Source: Octopus sinensis | Taxonomy: Eukaryota | Length of the DNA stretch: 64,000 nt | Assembly: GCF_006345805.1 (NCBI RefSeq) | Contig: NC_043012.1 | Coordinates: forward strand, 41,044,001 to 41,108,000 | Direction: 5' to 3' | Part shown: one piece after another, positions 53,436 through 64,000 of the stretch | Numbering within the stretch: position 1 is the stretch's first letter | Layout of the letters: every line of letters starts with the position of its first letter | Translations under genes and position numbers: made by a program | The notes under the pieces: generated by a model | The model's database searches: none | What the model saw: only the letters and a program-made list of their open reading frames with translations | What the model was told of the DNA's origin: nothing

Positions 53436-53591
53436 GAGGGCATTACTACATATCGTCAGAATGCAACTCTAGAAGCAAGTCAAATGACTTGCTTCGAGAG
53501 TTGCATTCAGTACGATGTGTTTATTTATTTTAGTAGTTTTGACTTTAAGTGTTCCTCCTAGCGCGTGGCGTTTATGTGTAGTAATGCCTTC
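53436..53591. mobile_element. Small MITE with GAG...CTC-like (Sola-like) termini and an internal 50-nt hairpin
   Basis: TIRs GAGGGCATTACTACA / TGTAGTAATGCCTTC. Internal hairpin at 53459-53508 has 24-bp arms with one mismatch. Confidence 0.62.
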
Positions 53592-54290
53592 TATGTAATA
53601 TAAATAAATATATTTAAGTGAAAAAATTGGTGGATTTTTTCTCTTATGAGGTTTTTCACGCTGACTACTTGATAAATTCTTACAAAGATTTTATCCTATT
53701 TTCAAATATACATATATTATACATGTTCATATCCCACGGGTGTTCGTAAAAGCCAGTGAAAACCTGTCTTAGCTCCATGGAATACACTATATATTGAATA
53801 CCTGCACACAATTGACAAATTTAGAAGGAAACGAATAATATTTTATTTCAAAAAGATAATCAGTTTTGCTTTTCTCTCACTTTAATATATTTCAGCTTAT
53901 TTTATGAATAATTCCAGGTCTTTGGATCACTTGGGGAGATAATTCTTTGCTTGTGTCTTCAAATATAACGAATATAAATTTACTGTATTTGATAGCATAA
54001 AAGACGCGCGGAGGTGTTGGACGCACCCGAATTTCAGCAGCGCATATTCAGAACAAAATGCGTGGTGTACAAAATTAGCTTATGGGAGACTCAATCTCTC
54101 ATCTAGGACACAGGGTCTTTCTGAGAAAATGTTTGGAAAGAAATGCGTCATATATTCTGTCAAGTACAGTAGATTTAAACTGAGAAACTGTAACTAAAAT
54201 ACTTCTTGATAAATTCATTCATATTACCTTGTCATTGTGTTTATTATATTTCATTTCTCTAAAATACTATTTTGTTATGTTTCTAACCAG

Positions 54291-54455
54291 TTTATCGCCC
54301 ATGCCAGCTGTCAGGAACATCTAATGAGTATTTGGTATGCAGGTGTCCCTTGGTTCCAACATCAGTCTTTTATGGTAAAATTATTCATTGTTCCACTCGG
54401 TATTCTCTTCATACCTGTCACAGCAATCATCTACGTTTTTTTACCCTATTCCAAG
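54291..54455 (+). CDS. TRPC: TRPC3/6/7-like channel, coding exon C (pre-S1 elbow), 55 aa, phase 0-0
   Basis: ttctaaccag|TTT ... AAG|gtaaga. Translation FIAHASCQEHLMSIWYAGVPWFQHQSFMVKLFIVPLGILFIPVTAIIYVFLPYSK matches TRPC 'FVAHPNCQQQLLTIWY'. Confidence 0.95.
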
Positions 54456-54466
54456 GTAAGAACAAG

Positions 54467-54497
<31 letters not shown>

Positions 54498-54545
54498 TCT
54501 ATCTATCTATCTATCTCTATCTATCTATCTATCTATCTATCTATC

Positions 54546-54581
<36 letters not shown>

Positions 54582-54582
54582 C

Positions 54583-54638
<56 letters not shown>

Positions 54639-55317
54639 CTTCGCTTTTGTATTGTTTGTAAGCTTCTTGCTCTGAATTCATGTGTTGAAGTAAGACTTGT
54701 AATGTCTCGTAATGTTCAACAATAAAGAAGTGATATTGAACCAGTGCGTGTGTTAACATTATTGGTGTAATAACCCTCCCAAGACACAAGACTAACTATA
54801 TATGAATTTATTCTTATTATTTGAGTCATCTTTGTATATAAAGCATTCTTTATATCATATAGGCAGATGAAAATAGCCAAACAATGTTTAGTATAATATA
54901 GATATAATTTATTTGAAGTTACAACCAGCCCTTTCATAAATGCATTTAATCACATCCAGCTCTCTACTCCCAAATATTGTACGAGTGATTTAATATTTAA
55001 AGCTTTTCATTAACGATCATTATACTCCTATAAATCACATGATATTGTTTCCTGACATAATTAAATGTAATTAAATATTCGTTAATGATTTTTTTACTCG
55101 GTTTTATGTCGCTGTCACATATTTCATATTTCTATTATTTCTTTTGGGGTGTTTTTGACTATGTAATCTCTCATTATCAAGAATTGATAAGATATATACA
55201 TATATGTATGTGTGTGTGTGTGTGTGCAATGTGTACGTGTTTGAGTATATGTGAATGTTCGTGCGCGTCCGTTTATATATAATTATATATATATATGAGA
55301 AAAAGAACAATCCAGCG

Positions 55318-55590
<273 letters not shown>

Positions 55591-55663
55591 AACTGTCTGT
55601 CTGTTTATGTATGTATGTGTCAATCTATTTATTTATCTATTTGTCTATCTATACACACATACA

Positions 55664-55910
55664 TTGGGTTGGCACATATTATTGAGTGCGGCCTTTTTTC
55701 AACAGATTTTGTTCAACAAAAACAATAAGAACATGTAACAAAATCCTCTTTAAATGGTTATTCCGGAGCATATTCACCATCTACTTCAATTACTGTCTCC
55801 CACTTGCTTGCCAGAGTGTCAGATCGTCATTGAAGATGCTTTTGTTAAATATTGTTGCTTTTGTTGTATACAAATTGTTGTAAAAAAGGCCGCAATAATT
55901 ATGCACCAAC

Positions 55911-55914
<4 letters not shown>
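55664..55914 (-). mobile_element. Mariner MITE, copy 2, inverted relative to copy 1
   Basis: TTGGGTTGGCACATATTATTG ... CCGCAATAATTATGCACCAACCCAA|TA. The minus strand encodes LASKWETVIEVDGEYAPE*. Confidence 0.88.
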
Positions 55915-55953
<39 letters not shown>

Positions 55954-56234
55954 AGAGAGAAAGAAAGATAGACAGGTAGATATAACTATAGATGTAGATA
56001 TGTATGTGTGTGTGAGGGAGAGACAGATCAATATTTTGTCATCTGAAAGTCCTTTAACCTACACTCGTTAATTAGTTACTTAGACAACATAATGTCAGAA
56101 TGTTACCATAGAAACTTGTCTCGTGTATATTTTCTTGTGTTGCTCAGAGTGACGCTTCTCAATGGTCGACTAGCTGCACATCCCTGGTTAAAAAGCATAG
56201 CTCCATTCTTTCAATTATTGAGGATCCATCAAAC

Positions 56235-56456
56235 CAGTGTTTGCCAGTGGTAGTACTGGGGGTGTCCGTGAACTAAATTCAAAATTTCACACACACGGGC
56301 GCGCACACACAAACACACACACACACACACGCACACACACGCACACGCCACACACGCACACACACACACACACACACAAGATAACCATATTAAAAGGGGC
56401 CCGTGAGAAAACTCATTTAAATAAAAGGGGTTAGGAACAATTGTTGTGAACCACTG
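56235..56456. mobile_element. hAT-type MITE with 8-bp target-site duplication
   Basis: Imperfect TIRs CAGTGTTTGCCA / TGTGAACCACTG; flanks catcaaac (56227-56234) and cattaaac (56457-56464) match at 7/8; internal (CA)n. Confidence 0.72.
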
Positions 56457-57129
56457 CATTAAACGATCCAGCTGAAGAATTGATACATCTGCAAATTCTC
56501 TGGAGTTTTGCTTTATGCCTTCGTCTTTAAAATCTAATATCGGTCCCTGGTTTAATTCCTTAGGATAAGTATTTCAATCAATATTTCTTTTCTAAAAATC
56601 CAACCAGCTGCATCGTCTTTGCCATCCAGAAATATAGATTTCTCAAGAGGATTTTTATTAAGTTGCTATTGCTTTCTTTGTTTGCTTCTTTTTTTTTCTG
56701 GGTAGGCAGATGGCTATGACGTCATCATCGGAATAACGATAACATTAAGCTATGCCTTGTATTTACTTCAAGAAAGGAATGCTTCCGCTATTGAAAGTAG
56801 TTTAAATCCAATTTCCATAGGATTTCAATTTTTTATCACTCCTCTTTTATACACAAACTTCCCGTTCCAAACTTTTTCGCGTATCGGAAGTCTGCTGGAG
56901 TCGGTTGCAGGAATATTTCTAACAGTACATTATAGACTAGATTCTTAAAGTACATCATGGCACTGCATCAATATTATGATAATAATACCATAATTTCGTA
57001 AGCATGGTTTGAAGAGCGTAAGAATGATTGAAATGTACAAAGATTTTAATAATCAATATGAAATCGTGGATATGCAACGCTGCCATCTTACCCCTTCCAG
57101 CTCTTTCCATTCTTATTCGTTGCCTCTCT

Positions 57130-57470
57130 CTGTGTGTGTATGTGTGTGCGTGTGTGTATGTGTGTATATGTGTGTGTATGTGTGCGCGCGAGTGTGTATA
57201 TGTGGGTATGTGTCTGTATGCCTGTGTGCATGTGTGGGTATGTGTTTGTATGCCTGTGTGTATGTGTCTGTATGCTTGTGTGTATGTGTGTGTATGTGTC
57301 TGATTGCTTGTGTGTATGTGTGGGCATGTGTCTGTATGCCTGTGTGTATGTGTCTGTATGCTTGTGTGTATGCGTGGGTATGTGTCTGTATGTCTGTGTG
57401 TATGTGTGGGTGTGCGTCTGCATGCCTGTGTGTATGTGTGTGTACGCACGGGGATGTGTATGTGTGCGTG
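57130..57470. repeat. TG-rich degenerate minisatellite (unit like gtatgtgtctgtatgcctgtgt)
   Basis: Direct reading. Confidence 0.88.
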
Positions 57471-58150
57471 CGCCGAAACCATAACGATTTTCAATACAAC
57501 AGCTGATGAAGGAACGTCAATGTCCGTTTAAATTAAAACTGTTGTGTTCGTAGTTATTTATGCCAACCGCTTTCTTTAGAAAACAGTTTTAATCATATTG
57601 GCTGAGTTCACTCAGCTGGCATAAATGAGCAGTACCTGTAATTGTTAAGGGCCACCAATGTCACACTCCATGTCACGCTGATTCACGCTGTGAACCATGT
57701 GAACCAAGTTTAAGTTTACGCGTATCTGTGGAGTGCTAATTCGTTGCACATTAATTTCATGAGCTGGCTGTTTCATAGATCGGGTCGCCTGGTCTCTGGT
57801 CGTCGTAATCGATGGAGCACCTGATTCGTTGACCTTGAGATTTTAGGAATCACTTATTTTCCAGCAAGGGGCTGAGTCTAGTTTTATTGATTTTGTTACC
57901 GTTTAATTTCATATGATTATTTTTATTGGGTCTTAAATGAGGGCTTATTCGGCTGGAGGTTCTTAAATGGAGGGTCTTAAATTGAGGTTTATATATCACG
58001 TAATAATTTTTCTGGTGTTAGATTGAATAGGTAAGAGGTTACCAAATTTGTTACATGTAATGAATCTGTGATACATACATACACACATACACACATGCAT
58101 ATATACATATACACACACGTACACACACACATGCACACACACACGAGCAC

Positions 58151-58183
<33 letters not shown>

Positions 58184-58303
58184 CAGTTCGTATTCGTACT
58201 AACCCATTAACTGACAATAACAATAAAGGACCGAACCAGTGCGTGTGTTATTATTACTGGCATAGTGCTGTCCCAAGGTTCAATACTATATATATATATA
58301 TAC

Positions 58304-58369
<66 letters not shown>

Positions 58370-58371
<2 letters not shown>

Positions 58372-58765
58372 TTGAATTTTTTAGTCGAATGAATCAACAC
58401 GAATACTAATTTTTAAAGCCTGGTACTTATTCTACCGGTCTCTTTTGCCGAACTGCCAAGTTGCGGGGACACAAACACAACAACACCGGACGTCAAGTGG
58501 TGGTGGTGGTGGTGCTTGATAAACACAGACATGAAGCGACACTCACATACACATAGATATACACACACACACACATGCACACACACACACACACACACAC
58601 ACGCATATATACACGATGGGCGTTTTTCAATTTCCGTCTACCAAATCTACTTACAAGGCTATGGCTCGAGGCCATAGTAGAAAACAGTTGCCCAAGGTGC
58701 CATACAGTGGGACTGAACCGGGAACCATGTGGATTAGAAGCAAGTTGCTTACCACAGCCATTACA
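58370..58765 (-). mobile_element. SINE family B, full length
   Basis: ttgcccaaggtgccatacagtgggactgaacc and tttccgtctaccaaatc. Confidence 0.85.
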
Positions 58766-60159
58766 CACGCATATATATACATGTATGTTTGTGTGTGTGT
58801 GAGAGAGAGAGAGTGTGTGTGTATACATACATGCATATATCTGTCAACTGTGTATGTCTTTCTCTCTCCCTCTCCCTCCCTATACGCACGCACGCGCGCG
58901 TGTGTAATCACACTTTCTTAAACTTGCGATTTGACTAACTCAACTCTCTACGACATCTAACATTCACATCTAAAATGAAAATATCTCCATTTTCTGCTTC
59001 AGTATCTCTTTTCAATTCAGCTCTTTTAAGATCCATCTACTATAACTTATAAAACCATTTGTTTTATATCAATTAGAGATCCCGATAAATATATTCTCCA
59101 TAAAAATATAAAGCAATATTCATAAAATAAGAACTGCAGGAGAGGATTTTCTACAACGTGTCACATGAACAGATCGGTTTTGTGAATTGTGTCACAAGAA
59201 CAACAGCGAAACGCCTAGATTGTTATTCATTATGACCTGATTGATGTGTGCTTTGTGATAAGACATGCTTCAATTACGTTAAAATGCAACCTAAAATCGA
59301 ATTATCTTTTGTTCTTATCCAGCAGATACGTTCTTCTCTTTAATCAATACTTGCTTCTCTATCAATATTTTTGGAGACTACTCAGTACTAATTCATTGAA
59401 CATGTTATTGCTAAATCAATTCTGATAATATACTTCGTTGCTTGCATTTTAAATATCAACTAGAAAGAGCTTTGTTATTTAATAACCGACGCTTTGTTTT
59501 AAAGCAATGCATTAATCCATCTCTTACAAAATCAACGCGTTTCCCTTACTCAGGACGTTAAGATATTTTTAAAATAATTTACTTCAATCAATGTATCTAA
59601 TGTATAACTGTAATAGAAGCGATAGATGAACTTCATTGTGAAATTTAACACAGAATTTCATAGATAGGAAGCACATATAAGCTATTGGAGTTCACTGAGT
59701 AAAATATTGCACTTGCTGAAATTTAATTTTTTTTTCCTTTATTCTACGTAAAAGCAATATATGAAAGATGAAACAATGGCTTCTAGTGCAGAATATCTAC
59801 GAAAACTTTAAGAACAAAAGACTGAATGCTCTTTCATAGAGGTTTGACCTAAATTTCCAACATTAACGATTGACAAACGTAAGAGAAGATGAAGCAGAAG
59901 CAAGGCGTAGATCAAATAAATGCTTGTGTTTATCTTTTACACCGATTTAAATATGGCGTCATCTGTGTTGTTTTCTCTTGTGTCCCGTAAATGTGGTGAC
60001 TCAACAGAGATCGACAAAATATGACAAGACTGAAATATACACAGGCTCGATATGGTATGAAGGAAAGCCTGGAAGATGTTGCTACAGCTTGGCCGATTGC
60101 ATTCATGACTGGAAATAGCAGAAAATATAGAAAATATAGAAATAAAAATCAACTTCGTT

Positions 60160-60390
60160 TGTATGTGTGTGTTTCTGTTTATGCTTGTCCTCCACCACCG
60201 CTTAACAATCGGTGTCCGTTTGTTTGCGTACCCATAGCCTAGCGGTTCGGCACAGAAGACCGATAGAATAAGTAGCAGGTTGAAGAAAATGGGCTGGGGT
60301 CGATTCATTCGACTGAAAACTTTTCAAGGCCGTGCTGCAGCCTTGCCGCAGGCTAAAAACTGAAACAAGTAAAAGATAAAAGATAAGAAA
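60160..60390 (+). mobile_element. SINE family B, 3' domain (similar partials at 8080-8310 and 15420-15590)
   Basis: gcggttcggcacagaagaccgatagaataagtagcagg...actgaaacaagtaaaagata. Confidence 0.78.
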
Positions 60391-61067
60391 TAAATTTAGC
60401 AAGATTAAAAGGAGTGACTAGGAAAGTATTATTGTTCGGGTTAGTATGCAGGGGAGACGACTCAAAACGTTTCTAAGCCAAATGGCTTCGTCAACCGTTG
60501 TATAACGTACGCCATTATTTGCTGGCAAAGTATTAACTTAATTACTTATATAGAAATGAGCTTCATGAACATTTCATAATAAGACAACACTAGCCATATT
60601 CAAATAATTAAAGCATTAGCTTGACTATTTCTATTATAGACAGATAAGATTAGTTGTAACGCTAAAGTAAAAGTATGGCGTATATCATCCTACAAACGAA
60701 ATGTAGAGAATAAATTATGAGTGTTTGCGTAGTAAGACACATTTTGAATGTATATGTCAGTTATTGATTTCTACTCTAGATACGTTGGCGAATGCGCTTG
60801 AACATGGATCTGCTTCAAAAATTATCCATGTGTAAGAAATTTTAATTTGGCGTGAAGTTAAAAGTATGCGAAACGAAAAACAAGAAAAGATACACAAACA
60901 GCAACTAAGAAAAATACTATATATGCATGTATATGTGTGTATATATGTATGTGTGTGTGTGTGTATGGAAGGTGGTGTATGTATATGTTTTTGTATGTAG
61001 CTAATGCATTTTTATTATGTGCAATACAATATATATATATACATACATGTGCGTGTGAGTATATGTA

Positions 61068-61105
<38 letters not shown>

Positions 61106-61230
61106 CTCACAAATATTATATATATATATGTGAACATATATATATATATGGAATTGGTGGTGTATGTATGTATATATTTGCGTATGTATGCACGCATTAT
61201 GTATGTATCTAATGCATTTTATGTACAATG

Positions 61231-61279
<49 letters not shown>

Positions 61280-61282
61280 TAC

Positions 61283-61331
<49 letters not shown>

Positions 61332-61339
61332 ATATATCT

Positions 61340-61373
<34 letters not shown>

Positions 61374-62235
61374 TTCGTGTGTGTGTGTATTCAGATACTT
61401 ACATAATTCGCAGCAAAAAATCCTTGTATACAAAATGAAATCAATTTCTGATTTCTGTAAGACAAAAGACTTGGATACCTTATAAAATAAAAGCAAAAAA
61501 TATAGAGAGCTGTTCCAAATAAAATAAAAGTGAATATTACACTATTTGTGTGTTTTAAATGGCCATCAAAAAACTATTATGATGCACAGTTTCTGGAGTT
61601 TTGTTAAAAGAAAATTGAAAGTAAGAAGAGATATGTTTTGTTTTTCTTATTTCTAAGAAAGTTTTAAAAGACTTCGATTTCACAACTATGTAGTCATTAA
61701 CAGTAAAAGAAATCGATGGAATCCGAGAAATTAATATTTAAATGCTGTAACTTGCAACACATTGGAAACAGCTTAAATTGTTTCATAAGTAATCGGTTAT
61801 TAGCAAAATAAAAGGAAAACCATTTCCACACATCTTCCTTAAAAGTCAGCCACCAACACCTTTTCTCCGTAAATTTCCAGATGGGACTCTCTAACCCAGA
61901 AACACTAAAATATTGGAATTCTATGTAATAGTATTAACCATCGATCCGTATCATTAATTTTTTATAACTTGCACTCTCTTTGGTTTAACAAAAAATATTT
62001 AAAACACAAACGCATACATAAACACACACACAATATGGTTATTCTTATTGTAAGAAGTTATGAGCAGAAAATAAATAATTAAAAAGTAGCAAATAAGTAC
62101 ATACCTAGATTTATATTTTACCAATAGGAACGTATAAACATATTGTAACCCTGATAGTACAAATGGTAAAAGGAGGTTTATAAACCTATATAGATACACT
62201 GAATATATGGGTGTGCTAGTATACATATATATTTG

Positions 62236-62298
<63 letters not shown>

Positions 62299-62329
62299 AT
62301 ACATACAAGTATATTTGTCGTCATGATAG

Positions 62330-62470
62330 ATTGGTAGCCACTACACACATTTTTTTCTTTCCTTGTTTCTCTCCTTGTTATTTTCTGTGTCCCTTTCTGT
62401 AGAAGAGCGTAGGCTCGAAACGTAAAAGACATTTTCAATTCCTGAGCGTTATACTAATACATCTGTTGGA
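62330..62470 (+). mobile_element. Interspersed repeat carrying a hammerhead-like motif with a variant core
   Basis: CTTT-CTGTAGAA-GAGC GTAG GCTC-GAAAC-GTA-AAAG at 62393-62429. Homologous to 36250-36430; the family 3' part also occurs at about 63440-63500. Confidence 0.6.
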
Positions 62471-62852
62471 TCTTTTCAATATCGTGGCCAGGACCCCAGA
62501 TCTTTCTAGTTAACTAAATAATTTGAAACTTCGTGTACTCATAGAGTGGAACTAGTTTATTCGCCAGTTTGAACTAGTTTATTTGAGAAAAATCTATTTT
62601 ATGACTTTAATCGTAGATTAAAACTGCGAATTTTAACCAATGAGATTGCTTGTTTTCATATGTAAAACGTTACTGCGATCTGTTAGTGTGACGTTGAAAG
62701 CAGTTTTAACGTAGTCTGCTCTCTCTTTGTAAGTCTGTCTGCCTCCCCCTCTCTACTATATTACATTTATCTTGCTTGAAATCATGAAATAAAACGTCCT
62801 CTTTTTTTCTGTCTGTCTGTCCTTTTCTCTCTCTCTCTCTCCCTCTCTCTAT

Positions 62853-62886
<34 letters not shown>

Positions 62887-63581
62887 CTATCTGTATATAT
62901 GTATGTTCATATATGTATGTAAATATTTATGAAATAAATAAACACACATATTCGTGCGGATGTATTAAATATCTAAAATGTGTGAGCCTTATATAATTAA
63001 CTGATGATATATATATATATATACACCATATATATCTATATATATTGTGTGTGTGCGCGCGTGTAATGTATGTATAATTATATATATGCGTGTGTGAGCG
63101 TGGTGTGTGTGTGGTGTGTGTGTGATGAAAGGCAAATAGACCTCGGCGGAGATGCCACTTCTTAATAGCAAACGAAAGCGCTTTGTTTACATTTAAGATG
63201 TTTAATACGTCACCAAATTGGTGGTCGAGACGGAGTAAATAAAATAAAGCCGAATGACGGAATATCATTGGTTAAAATTCTAATTATTAAACAACGTTAA
63301 ACTTAGAAGTTACAATTCCGTTTTCATTCTGGTTTACAATTAAGTTTACTTTTGACACATTCTACCAGTATACGAAGTTTCAAATTGTTTGGTTCAGTAG
63401 GAAAAATTTGAAAAAACTGGCTTCAGAATAGAAAAGATCCCATCTGTTTGTTTTGTACACTGCCTGTATTCATCTTTTGTTTTTTTTCGTGAACTCCCCC
63501 CCCATTATATATATATATTCATATATACATAGCTGTCTATTTCTCTGTATTACTGTATCTCTTCTCTCTCTCTCCTCTTAA

Positions 63582-63624
<43 letters not shown>

Positions 63625-63952
63625 GGGAGAGAGATTAAGAAGGAAAGACAGGTAGATAAATTGCTAGGCTAGCAGATTGTGATAGGTAGGTACGTAGAAA
63701 AGTAGACTGGTAGGTAAATAGGTGGATGCATAGATTTTTTTCTGACTGAAATCAGACGACACTTCTCTTCTAATTTGCCACTCCAAATTAAACTTCTATA
63801 GATATTTCACTTGTATATTATATGTGGTTAATTAGATTTTTTATTTGTTCTCATTTTCTATGAATAAAATGAATATGTTATCAAACAAACTTATTTTTGA
63901 TGCCTTTGTTAGAAACTGTTTCTAACTACACCTTTGATTTCTCTACTTCCAG

Positions 63953-64000
63953 CTTGGTGAGATACTCAGAAGCCCTTTTATGAAATTCATGAATTACATG
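63953..64000 (+). CDS. TRPC: TRPC3/6/7-like channel, coding exon D (start of S1), truncated by the window end
   Basis: ctctacttccag|CTT GGT GAG ATA CTC AGA AGC CCT TTT ATG AAA TTC ATG AAT TAC ATG = LGEILRSPFMKFMNYM, matching TRPC3/7 'LGKILRSPFMKF'. Not in the ORF track. Confidence 0.93.

Noticed and set aside
56716-56948. Open hydrophobic frame after an AG as TRPC exon D
   Set aside because: No TRPC similarity and it ends in a stop without a donor; the true next exon (LGEILRSPFMKF) starts at 63953.

Overview
AT-rich, microsatellite-dense animal genomic DNA. The repeat families look like Octopus repeats (recalled, not searched). The only supportable protein-coding gene is a + strand TRPC3/6/7-like cation channel. 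Four phase-0 exons were found: 42842-43159, 44705-44863, 54291-54455 and 63953 to the window end. They encode the last ankyrin repeat, the Zn-binding TRP_2 region, the linker/pre-S1 region and the start of S1. No exons for the N-terminal ankyrin repeats were found. Everything else is intronic or intergenic. It holds three abundant tRNA-derived SINE families, relics of Penelope, RTE, CR1, HERO and R4/Dong retroelements, and mariner, hAT, piggyBac-like and Sola-like MITEs. Nearly all long ORFs in the supplied track are microsatellite artefacts. The most unusual signal is a recurring set of fold-back (palindromic) elements carrying minimal type I hammerhead ribozyme motifs. The best case is an 88-bp-arm palindrome at 24200-24378 with an intact hammerhead core on each strand. 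A two-copy family with a shared non-canonical core (CUGUNGAA) is also present. Several long inverted repeats lie within or flank TRPC introns and are candidate dsRNA/ADAR substrates.
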